Translations under genes and position numbers: made by a program | From: Octopus bimaculoides | Taxonomy: Eukaryota | Length of the DNA: 64,000 nt | Direction: 5' to 3' | Assembly: GCF_001194135.2 (NCBI RefSeq) | Contig: NC_068991.1 | Coordinates: 23,282,447-23,346,446, forward strand | In this document: one piece after another, positions 12,221-25,367 of the stretch | Numbering within the stretch: the stretch's first letter is position 1 | Layout: each line of letters begins with the position of its first letter | The notes under the pieces: generated by a model | Databases searched by the model: none | Told to the model about the DNA's origin: nothing | The model's input: the letters and a program-made list of their open reading frames with translations, nothing else

Positions 12221-12258
12221 TTCTAACCGGCTTTCGTTGCATGGCAAATTTTCAAGAA
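12221..12258 (-). ncRNA. Hammerhead-like motif with U3-A8 covariant core
   Basis: Minus strand: ttc TTGAAAA t ttgc-cat-gcaa c GAAA gccggt TA gaa. 3-bp stem I, palindromic CCGG loop, UUA cleavage triplet. Confidence 0.5.
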
Positions 12259-14414
12259 GGGGGGAAATGAAAATAATGTTTTTTACAAAGATATAAAAAA
12301 TATATGAAAAAATAAATATACCAATACATTACATTGTCTTTGAGTTTTTAAAGTTCAATGGTAATCCATGTAGAAAATTGTTAGATAGATTAGGATGCAT
12401 GGAATTAGGAATCGTGTTGTGTTTAAAAAAGGCTGAGAGTTTATGTGTTAAACAGGAAGTGTGGTGTCAAAACAGGAAGTGTGTGTAAGGGAAGTGGCGG
12501 TGGCGNNNNNNNNNNNNNNNNNNNNNNNNNNNNNNNNNNNNNNNNNNNNNNNNNNNNNNNNNNNNNNNNNNNNNNNNNNNNNNNNNNNNNNNNNNNNNNN
12601 NNNNNNNNNNNNNNNNNNNNNNNNNNNNNNNNNNNNNNNNNNNNNNNNNNNNNNNNNNNNNNNNNNNNNNNNNNNNNNNNNNNNNNNNNNNNNNNNNNNN
12701 NNNNNNNNNNNNNNNNNNNNNNNNNNNNNNNNNNNNNNNNNNNNNNNNNNNNNNNNNNNNNNNNNNNNNNNNNNNNNNNNNNNNNNNNNNNNNNNNNNNN
12801 NNNNNNNNNNNNNNNNNNNNNNNNNNNNNNNNNNNNNNNNNNNNNNNNNNNNNNNNNNNNNNNNNNNNNNNNNNNNNNNNNNNNNNNNNNNNNNNNNNNN
12901 NNNNNNNNNNGATGATGATGATGATGATGATGATTTTCTTTATTAGTTATCCATTAGAACTTGAAGAGACGCAGAGAATACAAAGCTTTCACTAGATAAA
13001 TGACAAAGAGAAACATTTGGAATATGAAGGCTAATGATGAGAGAAGTGGGTGAAAGATTTTATACAGCATATAATGGTTATATTAAGAACAAATATTGTA
13101 AAAGCACAAATATTTGCAAGGAAATAATTAAAAAGTTTGATGAAACACAATAATTAATACATAATTAAAATGAGACAGGACATGAAACATTACTGGCTAA
13201 GTTGGGTTTTAGTACCCAACAACCCTACCAAGTCAGCCATTCTTTGTATTGTTTATAAGTGCATCCATAGGTACCAGGTGGCATTTTATGTCACCCAAGA
13301 TAAGATCTTTCAAGTTTATTATAGTGTCTCTGCTTTATTTTTACTAACAATCTATCTTTTGTATGTTGCTTATATTTCAAAACTAACAGCACTTTTGTCA
13401 ATTTTACTTCATTAGAAAATCCATGGCTCCACAGATGTGTGATTTTATCAATAAGTTGTCTGATTTTTTAATCACAGTCAATCTTAATTTTTTGTCTTTG
13501 TCTTATTCTTATTTTCCTTATTCTCTTGAGATGGTTTTGTGGAAGTTATTCTTTTTCATTTCTGTGGCTTTTCCTTTTTCTTTTTCTTTTTCCTCTATCC
13601 ATTGATGCATTTTCGTCTGTAATCTTCATTTCTTCCTCATCATATGAAGATACAGTGGTGCTACAGCAAGTAATAGCACCGCTCCATCATCATGTGATGA
13701 AGGAATAATTTAAATGTTTGCTCATTTGTTTGTAATATTGAGTATTGAAGAATTTAACGTGCCATTCCAAAACATTTGGCTAATGGTGCGCTATGAATTG
13801 GATTTTCAGGCTCTTTTTGATGCCTTAGTCAATCTCCATTACTTTTCTTTTTCTAATGTCTTTTCAGTTCTTCTTTTTTTAATGATTTTCTAGTTTTTTT
13901 CAATTGGGGCAGGAATTATTTTGACACAGCTACTAAATAAGTAATTAAAGTGCAAATGTTTTGTTATCATTGTTGTCTTCAAAACTACCAGTTAGACTGT
14001 TTGGAATATTTTTATGCATTTATTGTTCAGTTAAAAGTTCATTTCCATTCTTTTTGTTCATGCAGCTGTGCATTTTGGCTTTTTATTGTTATTTTTTCTT
14101 CATTAGGTATTGTAACGATTCGTTGGCCACTTTGAAAATGAAAATTTCATGCATGTAAGTAAGAAAAAGTCTGTAGAAACCAACCTTTTTAATTGTATAC
14201 CCCTGAATATTAAAGGCAGGCTCTTTTTCAGAGTATTATTAGCCCATTTAGTAAGTGCACCAAAAAAATTTCCTTTTCTTTAGTCTATAAATATAGTTTA
14301 GCTTCAAAGTAAAACAGACTCATATGTATACATTTTGAGAAGCAATGATGATAATAATAATGATGTTGACGACAATATGATGATGAGGATATTAGGATAA
14401 TAACTATGTTTTGC

Positions 14415-14705
14415 CCATAGTTTCAGTAAGGACATCAGGATGAGCATGGGGTCGGACAAATGTACCAAAGAAACACTGAAAAGAAGCAAATTAATCAGCA
14501 CTGGAAACACTGCGCTTAACATAGACACAGAAATCAGAGAATTAGACCACAATCACCCATACAAATATTTAGGAATAGACAAAACAACTAAAATACAATA
14601 CAGAGAAATGAAAGAGAAAATTAGGAGAGAATATTATGAAAGAGTAAGACTAATATTAAAGACTGAACTCAATGTTAAAAATAAGATAATAGGAATAAGC
14701 ATGCT
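14415..14705 (+). mobile_element. R4/Dong-like RT C-terminal fragment
   Basis: DKC...I.ELD..HPYKYLGI...KEKIRREYYERVRLILKTELN.KNKI. Confidence 0.8.
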
Positions 14706-14817
14706 AGCCAAAGGCAAAATCAGCATCAGTGGAATTTGAACTCAGAATGTGAAGATAGATGAAACGCCACTAAGTATTTTGCCCGGTGTGCTAACAATTC
14801 TGCCAGTTTGCCTCCTT

Positions 14818-14848
<31 letters not shown>

Positions 14849-14861
14849 CAACAACAACAGC

Positions 14862-15237
14862 AATGAGAATAGGAAGCCAGACAAAGTCTTAATTGAGAAA
14901 GAAAACAAGCTATGCTGACAACAAGGTATGCGATAAGGAAGAAAGAAAAGTTGAGAGATATGACAGGTTAGCTTGAGAAGTTGTGGTCGATGAAAAAGGT
15001 AGCAGCAGTACCAATAATTGTCGGAGCCCTGGCAACAGTGAGCAAAAATCTCGAGAAGTACGTGGAACAAATAGGGGCTGCAATAAGGGTAGAGCACTTG
15101 CAGAAAACAGCACTGCTTGGAACCGCTTGAATACTCCAGAAGGAGCTCAAAAAATAAGAGGTGTTCCCTTAGTTCACTGGTAGTGAACAGCTGACACTGT
15201 AGTACATCTCCAGCGTTAGAAGCTGTGCAAAGGCAAT
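14862..15237 (+). mobile_element. R4/Dong-like 3' end, same family as 830-1218
   Basis: Colinear with 815-1218 (gctgacaacaaggtatg...ttagaagctgtgcaaaggcaat); preceded by (TAA)n(CAA)n, followed by a gap. Confidence 0.85.
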
Positions 15238-17596
15238 NNNNNNNNNNNNNNNNNNNNNNNNNNNNNNNNNNNNNNNNNNNNNNNNNNNNNNNNNNNNNNN
15301 NNNNNNNNNNNNNNNNNNNNNNNNNNNNNNNNNNNNNNNNNNNNNNNNNNNNNNNNNNNNNNNNNNNNNNNNNNNNNNNNNNNNNNNNNNNNNNNNNNNN
15401 NNNNNNNNNNNNNNNNNNNNNNNNNNNNNNNNNNNNNNNNNNNNNNNNNNNNNNNNNNNNNNNNNNNNNNNNNNNNNNNNNNNNNNNNNNNNNNNNNNNN
15501 NNNNNNNNNNNNNNNNNNNNNNNNNNNNNNNNNNNNNNNNNNNNNNNNNNNNNNNNNNNNNNNNNNNNNNNNNNNNNNNNNNNNNNNNNNNNNNNNNNNN
15601 NNNNNNNNNNNNNNNNNNNNNNNNNNNNNNNNNNNNNNNNNNNNNNNNNNNNNNNNNNNNNNNNNNNNNNNNNNNNNNNNNNNNNNNNNNNNNNNNNNNN
15701 NNNNNNNNNNNNNNNNNNNNNNNNNNNNNNNNNNNNNNNNNNNNNNNNNNNNNNNNNNNNNNNNNNNNNNNNNNNNNNNNNNNNNNNNNNNNNNNNNNNN
15801 NNNNNNNNNNNNNNNNNNNNNNNNNNNNNNNNNNNNNNNNNNNNNNNNNNNNNNNNNNNNNNNNNNNNNNNNNNNNNNNNNNNNNNNNNNNNNNNNNNNN
15901 NNNNNNNNNNNNNNNNNNNNNNNNNNNNNNNNNNNNNNNNNNNNNNNNNNNNNNNNNNNNNNNNNNNNNNNNNNNNNNNNNNNNNNNNNNNNNNNNNNNN
16001 NNNNNNNNNNNNNNNNNNNNNNNNNNNNNNAAATAAACAAACAAACAGAATTGAAAACAATACCTCCACCTTCTCTAAGGCGGAGGTAATAATGATAAGA
16101 CTCCAGGAACTCCAACAAAACCTGAGTTGAAAAGAACAATAATAATATTACAATGACCCCTTTGCTGTCAACACACCTCAGACTGCTTTGGTTCTATGAT
16201 ACAAACTTCCTGTTTTAAGGTGATCTAAAAACTTTCCATCAAAATTTATCGTTGATTTATGTTTCAAACAACATCCAAATAATGGCAGTTAAATACTTTA
16301 CTAAATTCTTCATTTTTTTTTCGAAATTAATTGAAACAAAGGCAGTGTATTTCAACAGAAATATAGCAACAAATGGTTAATTTAATTTCTTATTCAACAG
16401 ACTTGTTCACAACTTGAATATTAAAAGCTGAGACAAGAAAATTAATTAATTTACACTTTGGAGTCAAAGCCTGTTTACTGATGCTTTCACACTAAATAAG
16501 ATGGAACCATAATTACAAGAACTGGAAAGAAGAAAGTGAAAAGTGTTGATATTTAATATTATATTAAAATGAAAATAGATCATAACCTTAAAAGATAAAA
16601 GAAAACCCTCTGAGGAGATTGGTTCTGTCTTCTTTCAAATATGCAAATGGTGAGCCATCTTGTTTGAATCACATCATCACATCTATAATTTTCTTCCTCT
16701 TATTCAATATCTTCTGTTTTCACATGGAATAGCCCACAATGTAGTGAAGATGCAAAGCCTAGTGGTTAAAGTACTTACATTCATGATCTTAAGGCCATGG
16801 ATTCAATTCTTGAACCAGGTAACACAACTGTCCTTGAGTAAGATACTTCATTTCATGTTGCTCTAATCTACAAAGCTGAAATGAGTACCTGCTGAGTATT
16901 GGTGCAGTCCTCTCTCCCACCAGCTGTGACATCCTCAATGTTCTGCTGGGTTATTGGTAGGAAGGCCAAAAGAGTGTTTACATCTGCTTGAAACTACATA
17001 GGCATCTAAAGCAATTAGCAAAAACAAGTATACATGTTATTAAATCATACTTGCTTGACAAAGATGGCTGTGGTTTTGTTTTGTTTTTTCAGGCCACAAT
17101 ATCATGCACATAGTACTAGCCACTTCAATTCCAATATTGTTCCCTATTTGTAGCAAGATTAACAGTTTCACTAAATCTACTATCTTCCAAAAGGACACAT
17201 TGGATAACCCTGCGTAACAAAATTTTGTTTTTTCGTCTTTGGTCAGTAAGTATTATTTCCTATTTGCTTCCACCTAGAAATCAAAGGAAATTACTGTTAT
17301 TCCCTTAAAACTTTGCTTTGGACATCAATGGTTTGAAACTGACCTAATTTCCATTACATTTCAGACAGATTCAGCATTGGGTTGCTGAAGCAGAAATATC
17401 ATTATAGCAAATATTTTGCTCAATACCACAGATTTGCTTGTCAGTTGCTTGACCATAACCACTTGAGCATATCCCTTACTGGCTGACAATATATAGATCT
17501 CTGTCATGTGCAGGAGTAGTAGGAGAGCATCCTAGCCATGTGTTGAGAGGCTTGAATAAGTGTAACAAAAGCAAAGTTTGAAGGAAATATTAACTA

Positions 17597-19107
17597 CTAG
17601 TAGAGATACCCGACGTTGCCCGTGTTACATGCAATTGAAAAATGAGACTTTTCAGTTATATTTTCTGTAAGGAACTGGAATACATATGATTCGAATTTCA
17701 TCAAAATTGCACATGAGGGTTCTTTCCCTCTTTACACACCCTAAAAAAATTCTAATCATGAGACATGTATCCCATACTATTGATCTTTATGCGCATATTC
17801 CAAAATTTCAGTCTTCTGGAACCTGTGAAAAAGATTTTGCTCCTGCAAAATGGAGCTCATGGAGCTCTAAAATGTGGGAATGAAGGTCCCTATTGGGGGT
17901 GGGGGTGTTAATGTCAACCAGAGAAGTTGAATTGTTGGGAATGTTTTTACTTGGGTCTTATAGTATGCCTGTATATATGTGAGAGTATAGTCNNNNNNNN
18001 NNNNNNNNNNNNNNNNNNNNNNNNNNNNNNNNNNNNNNNNNNNNNNNNNNNNNNNNNNNNNNNNNNNNNNNNNNNNNNNNNNNNNNNNNNNNNNNNNNNN
18101 NNNNNNNNNNNNNNNNNNNNNNNNNNNNNNNNNNNNNNNNNNNNNNNNNNNNNNNNNNNNNNNNNNNNNNNNNNNNNNNNNNNNNNNNNNNNNNNNNNNN
18201 NNNNNNNNNNNNNNNNNNNNNNNNNNNNNNNNNNNNNNNNNNNNNNNNNNNNNNNNNNNNNNNNNNNNNNNNNNNNNNNNNNNNNNNNNNNNNNNNNNNN
18301 NNNNNNNNNNNNNNNNNNNNNNNNNNNNNNNNNNNNNNNNNNNNNNNNNNNNNNNNNNNNNNNNNNNNNNNNNNNNNNNNNNNNNNNNNNNNNNNNNNNN
18401 NNNNNNNNNNNNNNNNNNNNNNNNNNNNNNNNNNNNNNNNNNNNNNNNNNNNNNNNNNNNNNNNNNNNNNNNNNNNNNNNNNNNNNNNNNNNNNNNNNNN
18501 NNNNNNNNNNNNNNNNNNNNNNNNNNNNNNNNNNNNNNNNNNNNNNNNNNNNNNNNNNNNNNNNNNNNNNNNNNNNNNNNNNNNNNNNNNNNNNNNNNNN
18601 NNNNNNNNNNNNNNNNNNNNNNNNNNNNNNNNNNNNNNNNNNNNNNNNNNNNNNNNNNNNNNNNNNNNNNNNNNNNNNNNNNNNNNNNNNNNNNNNNNNN
18701 NNNNNNNNNNNNNNNNNNNNNNNNNNNNNNNNNNNNNNNNNNNNNNNNNNNTATATATAAATATATATATACACACACACACCATTAAAGTGAAAGTATC
18801 TGTCATTACAGTATCGAAATGTGATTGTTTCAGTTAGTGGAATAGTTTCATTTTTAAAGTGAAAGTATTTGACATGAGTGTTTTTGTTTCACTTTTGACA
18901 CGTAATACTTAAATAGTGGAGGAGATATTATGTTGCCGTGGGCTCGAACTCTGCAAGAAGTTAAAAATGTTTTTTGACTAAAACACAACCGGAACCCTAA
19001 GTAAGACATGTGTAAAATTTGAATGAAATTGGTTGTGTAGTTCTCGAGTTTTAGGGAAACACACACACAGACAGACAGACACACATTCTCATTTTTATAT
19101 ATATAGA
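17597..19107 (-). mobile_element. Non-autonomous Helitron-like element
   Basis: Minus 5' end TCTATATATATAAAAATGAGAATGTGTGTCTGTCTG at 19107. 3' CTAG at 17600-17597, preceded by a degenerate cccgacgttgcccgtg hairpin. A|T flanks; the interior contains a gap. Confidence 0.75.
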
Positions 19108-19542
19108 TTTTTCATACTTTCCAAATGAAAGCAAATAGGAAATAAGAGGAAATACCACTTCTTGCCCAAAGACGAAACTCATGTTACACAGTGTAATATA
19201 AATCCAAATATATTATGTCTAAAAGTCAGGACAGTCTCAACTTAAATGTTGTATATCATCTCAACTAAATCAAGGCTGATCTTGACAGCAAAAGCAACAG
19301 CCAGAGAGTGATTAAATCTGTAGTGATGTGCTAAGACCCAATCAGTTATGATAGTGTTTCTCAGAAGGTGGGGTTGTGAGGATTGAAAAGGGGACAGAAA
19401 GATTATGTTTAATTTAGTTAAGATGGTTTTGAAGCTTTTTAATTTGTCCATCACCATGGCAATCAAAGAAATATTATATGGAGCCAAACTCTATTTAGTC
19501 TCTCATTATAATAAGGAGAGGAGCTAAGAATTTCACTAATAA

Positions 19543-19965
19543 GGACAAGTATGGCTTTGTATGTTTAAGAAGTTTGTTTTGCAACCACATGGTCCCGGGT
19601 TCAGTTTCACTGTGTGGCACCTTGGGCAAGTGTCTTCTACTATAGCCTTGGGCCAACCAAAGCCGTGTGAGTGGATTTGGTAGACGGAAACTGGAAGAAG
19701 CCCATCGTATATATATATATGTGTGTGTGTGTGTGTATGTGTGTGTGTGTGTATGTCTGTTTGTCCCCCCACCCCAGCATCGCCTGACAACCGATGCTGG
19801 TGTGTTTGCATCCTTGTAACTTAGTGGTTCAGCAAAAGAGACCGATAGAATAAGTACTAGGCTTACAAAGAATAAGCTCTGGGGTCGATTTGGTTGACTA
19901 TAAAGGTAGTGCTCCAGCATGGCCACAGTCAAGTGACTGAAACAAGTAAAAGAGTAAAAGAGTAA
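19543..19965 (+). mobile_element. tRNA-derived SINE family A
   Basis: Head, caccttgggcaagtgtc core, central (TA)(TG) microsatellite, gactgaaacaagtaaaagagtaaaa tail. Confidence 0.85.
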
Positions 19966-22199
19966 ATAGAATAAGCACCAAATTTAAATAAATAGCAGGA
20001 TCAATTTATTTNNNNNNNNNNNNNNNNNNNNNNNNNNNNNNNNNNNNNNNNNNNNNNNNNNNNNNNNNNNNNNNNNNNNNNNNNNNNNNNNNNNNNNNNN
20101 NNNNNNNNNNNNNNNNNNNNNNNNNNNNNNNNNNNNNNNNNNNNNNNNNNNNNNNNNNNNNNNNNNNNNNNNNNNNNNNNNNNNNNNNNNNNNNNNNNNN
20201 NNNNNNNNNNNNNNNNNNNNNNNNNNNNNNNNNNNNNNNNNNNNNNNNNNNNNNNNNNNNNNNNNNNNNNNNNNNNNNNNNNNNNNNNNNNNNNNNNNNN
20301 NNNNNNNNNNNNNNNNNNNNNNNNNNNNNNNNNNNNNNNNNNNNNNNNNNNNNNNNNNNNNNNNNNNNNNNNNNNNNNNNNNNNNNNNNNNNNNNNNNNN
20401 NNNNNNNNNNNNNNNNNNNNNNNNNNNNNNNNNNNNNNNNNNNNNNNNNNNNNNNNNNNNNNNNNNNNNNNNNNNNNNNNNNNNNNNNNNNNNNNNNNNN
20501 NNNNNNNNNNNNNNNNNNNNNNNNNNNNNNNNNNNNNNNNNNNNNNNNNNNNNNNNNNNNNNNNNNNNNNNNNNNNNNNNNNNNNNGTTCAACTTTGCCC
20601 TCCATCCTTTTGGGGTCGATAAAATAAGTACCAGTTGATCACTGGGGTTAATGTAATTGACTTATTCCCTTCCCTGAAACTGCTGGCCTTGTGCCAAAAT
20701 TTGAAACCAGTAATACCAACCAAATCTCCCTTAAATTACACCCTGCCATGTTACAAAATAAAAGAAAGATCACATAAGGTGATATAATCCTATGGATGCC
20801 CCTGATAAGATTGGCTGGTGGTCACAGTTGGAATACCTCTGAACATAGATTCGCTCAAACTTGGTTGACTTAGAGCTAAACAATATCAATAAATTGTGGT
20901 TATATTTTAGTGATTGAAGTATTTTAAAATTTATATTTGTTATTCAGCAAGACATTAACTTAGTTTTTAAAGTATCAATTGAGATAGAGACGGACAAAGA
21001 GGTAGACGTGCATGTCTTCTCTCCGTTACAAAACTATTGTGTTACAAATTTGTGGAGTTCAATCTTAAAAAAAATAACTGTACCTTTTAAATGTTCTATG
21101 AAATATGAGAACAAACATTAAACTGTTCTAATTCACCTAAGTTTATCTTGCGGGTGGTGAATTTTAATTATTAATTTTATATTTTCATTAAAACTATAGC
21201 AAATTTAATGTAAAATTTATCATACTAACAAAAGGTAACCCTTGTCATAGATAATTACACATCTGAGAAGAGAGCATTTTGTATTTTTATGTAACAAAAC
21301 CTGTTGCAAAGAGTTCGTATTTTAATTGAAGTTTTCTATCTTATATAAAAGTAAGTGAACATATGCAAGTTTATCTATAGTTGTGGGCCACAGTTTTATA
21401 CTTAAGTAATGGAAATCTTTGCATAGCAGCACATTTTGTCAAGGTGATAGGTTCTGTGGAATCTTTTGATATTTTCTCTTAACTCATGCAAGACTGACCA
21501 CTGCTGCTAGTTATTTTATATAATAATTTTTTTATTATATCAAAAACACCAGGTTATCATAATAATGAAAAAGATATTACACATGCATACGCATGTACAC
21601 AGATGCATACACGCACACATGTACAAGCACATACATACATACATACATACATACACATGTACATATATATCATGAACTAACTATTACTTTCTCAGATGCA
21701 GCACAGAATTTTGTCAGTGAACAGGTCGCGGTCTCAAAGCGATGAAAATATTTTGACAAATTAAATTTAAACGTTGAAGTGAATCTAACGGATTTTGTGT
21801 GCTATTTTAAATGGCTTATAAACACCTTCNNNNNNNNNNNNNNNNNNNNNNNNNNNNNNNNNNNNNNNNNNNNNNNNNNNNNNNNNNNNNNNNNNNNNNN
21901 NNNNNNNNNNNNNNNNNNNNNNNNNNNNNNNNNNNNNNNNNNNNNNNNNNNNNNNNNNNNNNNNNNNNNNNNNNNNNNNNNNNNNNNNNNNNNNNNNNNN
22001 NNNNNNNNNNNNNNNNNNNNNNNNNNNNNNNNNNNNNNNNNNNNNNNNNNNNNNNNNNNNNNNNNNNNNNNNNNNNNNNNNNNNNNNNNNNNNNNNNNNN
22101 NNNNNNNNNNNNNNNNNNNNNNNNNNNNNNNNNNNNNNNNNNNNNNNNNNNNNNNNNNNNNNNNNNNNNNNNNNNNNNNNNNNNNNNNNNNNNNNNNNN

Positions 22200-22570
22200 T
22201 GGCACTCAGTCGCTTACGACATCGAGGGTTCCAGTTGATCCGATCAACGGAACAGCCTGCTCATGAAATTAACATGCAAGTGGCTGAGCACTCCACAGAC
22301 ACGTGTACCCTTAACGTAGTTCTCGGGGATATTCAGCATGACACAGTGTGACAAGGCTGACCCTTTGAATTACAGGCACAACAGAAACAGGAAGCAAGAG
22401 TGAGAGAAAGTTGTGGTGAAAGAGTACGGCAGGGTTCGCCACCATCCCCTGCCGAGCCTCATGGAGCTTTAGGTGTTTTCGCTCAATAAACACTCACAGC
22501 GCCCAGTCTGGGAATTGAAACCGCGATCCTATGAGTCCAATGCCCTAACCACTGGGCCATTGCGCCTCCA
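22200..22570 (-). mobile_element. tRNA-derived SINE family B
   Basis: Reverse complement of 62990-63378. Confidence 0.85.
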
Positions 22571-22774
22571 CCTTTTAAGATAACAGAGTGTGATTTGAGA
22601 GAGATTTGACAATTGTTCTTAGCAGGTCAACCAGCCTCATAAAAGATCCCTCACTGTTTTATTCAAAATGAAGTGAAATACACTGTGTATTTCAGCAAAA
22701 ATATTGGTCATGAAAGGATTAAATATACAACATCAAGTTAACATCTTTGCTTTCAAAATGACATCTTTCTTTTA

Positions 22775-23272
22775 CATGTCTCAATCATTGGACTACAGCC
22801 ATGCTGGGTAAGGATTTAGTTAAATAGATTGACACTAGTACATATTTCTTTAAAGATTGGTACTTATTCTATTGGTCTTTTTTGCCAAAGTAATAAGTTA
22901 TGGGGATGTAAACAAACCAACACTGGTTGTCAAGCAGTGCTGGGTGACAAACCTAACACAAATACAGACATATACATAAATACATACACACGAACACACA
23001 CACACACACACACACGCACATACATGCACACACACACACACACACATATGCACACATACACACATGCACGCACACGCACATACACTCACATTCAGTCACA
23101 CACACGCATAAATGACAGGCTTCTTTCAGCTTCCATCTACTAAATTCAGTCACAACGCTTTGGTCAACCCAGGACTGTAATAGAAGACACTTGCTAAAAG
23201 TGCAACACATTGAGACTGAATCCAAGACCACATGGCTGAGAAGCAAGCTTCTTAACCACACAGCCACACCTG
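22775..23272 (-). mobile_element. tRNA-derived SINE family A
   Basis: Reverse complement of the family; long (CA)n centre. Confidence 0.8.
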
Positions 23273-23317
23273 CACTATTTGAAAAAAAAAAAAAATTGAT
23301 TAAATTTAATTAAAATA

Positions 23318-23746
23318 GGTGCAGGAGTGGCTGTGTGGTAAGTAGCTTGCTTACCAACCACATGGTTCCTGGTTCAGTCCCACTGCATGGCACCTTGGGT
23401 AAGTGTCTTCTAATATAGCCTTGGGCCAACCAAAGCCTTGTGAGTGGATTTGGTAAACAGAAACTGAAAGAAGCCTATCGTATGTATATATATATATGTG
23501 CGTGTGTGTGTGTGCGTGTGTATAAATATGTATAAGTTTGTGTGTCTGTGTTTGTCCCTCCCCCCCACGATCGCTTGATACCAATGTTGGTGTGTTTACG
23601 TCCCCATAACTTATTGGTTCAGCAAAAGAGACTGATAAAATAAGTACTGGGCTTACAAAGAATAAATCTTAGGGTCAATTTGTTCAACTAAAGGTGGTGC
23701 TCCAGCATGGCCGCAGTCAAATGACTGAAACAAATAAAAGAATAAA
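23318..23746 (+). mobile_element. tRNA-derived SINE family A (two further truncated heads follow at about 23780 and 23995)
   Basis: ggtgcaggagtggctgtgtggtaag...gactgaaacaaataaaagaataaaa. Confidence 0.85.
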
Positions 23747-24084
23747 AATTAACGTCTGTCATAACATTCTTTTCTTTAGGTACAAGAATGGCTGTGTAGT
23801 ACGAAGTTTACTTCCAAACTTGGTAGTTTGGGGTTCAGTCCCACTGCACAGCACCTTGGGCAAGTACTTTCTACTGTAGTCTTGGACCAACCAAAGCTTT
23901 GTGAGTGGATTTGATAGACAGAGACTGAAAGAAGTTCATTATGTGTGTGCACATGTGCATGTGTGTGTGTGTGTGTGTGTGTAAGTGTGTGTGACTGTGT
24001 GGTTAAAAGGTTTACTTTCGATGGTTCCAGATTCCGTCCCACTGTGTGGCACTTTGGGCAAATGTCTTCTACAGCCCCAGGTTA

Positions 24085-25215
24085 GGATAATTGCCACTGG
24101 GAAAATTTCCACTAGGATAATTACCACTCGGAACATTGCCCATGTGAGAATATTGCCACTGGGAGCACTGCCCAAGTGGAAGCATTACCACTGGGAAATA
24201 TTCAGTAAACTTACTTTCACACCCATCTACAATTATAAATGGAATAAACGCTTATTATACATACAGTATATTTGTGAGGGGTTGAAGGTTGGATTCGTTA
24301 ATAACACAAAAATACATACAATAAACAGTTATTCCATTTAGACCTTTAAATGGGTGTGAAAGTAAAATAATACCAAAGTATTTTATACAAAAGAACAATG
24401 CACATATTATATGTTACTTGTCAACAGGATTTTTTAACTTTAAATATAGGTTTCAGGTCTTCTTTTCAAAACATCTTATAACATTACAACTGAAATTATG
24501 GCTAAGAATTGTTTAAAAAGACAATTAAGGAATTATTTAAAAGGCATTACAATATTTAGAAGTTTATTTTATTTAAAATACAATGAATGATTATTTAAAT
24601 GAATGATTATTTATAAAGCATTAGTTTTTTAAAAATTTAATTAGAATATGTGCATGTTATATGCAATAGACTTCAAATACAATTTATTGTTGGTGTTTCC
24701 ATAAATGTCAACAATACATTGTATATTAATGTTGTTATATCTTTTTTATTTTTCAAGACAGGGTCTTCTCATTGAAACCAAACAATGCTAGGATTAGTTC
24801 CCAAAAGTTAGGGTGAGAATTACTCACAGATTTATTTAACACATTATGAAATGCTTCAACACTGTTATAGGTATGGGGTAAAGCAAGTTCAGTTTAATGT
24901 TGACATTCCAAAGAGCAACTGGGAACATAAGTTGATTTCAGCATCAGTTGTTCCTTCTTCCTTTTAATATCCTTATGTAAGTCATTTCAAAGTAAGACAT
25001 AAATTCTGATGGTATACCTTCATCCTCTGATAGCTCTTCAAAAACATCTTCGGGTGGCACAAACATGAGTGCAGAAAAATGCCTCATTAAAAAAGCAAAT
25101 GCATTATCTGTGAGATATTGTTGTTTATAACCAAGATCAATTATTATTGACTCAATAACTTCATTTGCTGAAATGGTTCACATTTACCATGCTGCATGAT
25201 ATCAAGATAACTCTA
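24085..25215 (-). mobile_element. Mutator-like (MULE, Phantom-type) element 3' remnant with tandem subterminal repeats
   Basis: Minus 25160-24780: LGYKQQY.TD..FA.LMRHFSALMFVPPEDV...IPSEFMSYFEMTYI...MFPVALWNV..(fs)LPHTYNSVEAFHN....SHPNFWELI. About eight 15-16-bp ggataattgccactg-like units at 24085-24205. Confidence 0.7.
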
Positions 25216-25317
25216 ACATTATAAAGAAAACCCTTATATAAAAAAATATATTTGAAAGTTATTGCTAAGTGAAACATGTGTGTGTGTGTGAGAGAGAGCG
25301 ACAGANNNNNNNNNNNN

Positions 25318-25367
<50 letters not shown>

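Noticed and set aside
13150-14300. Possible pogo/Tigger-like remnant with PHD-like end on minus
   Set aside because: Only faint motif resemblance through many stops; cannot be supported.
24085-24205. Short regularly spaced repeats, CRISPR-like at first glance (also 37043 and 38590)
   Set aside because: Contiguous tandem units with no unique spacers, eukaryotic context, no cas genes.
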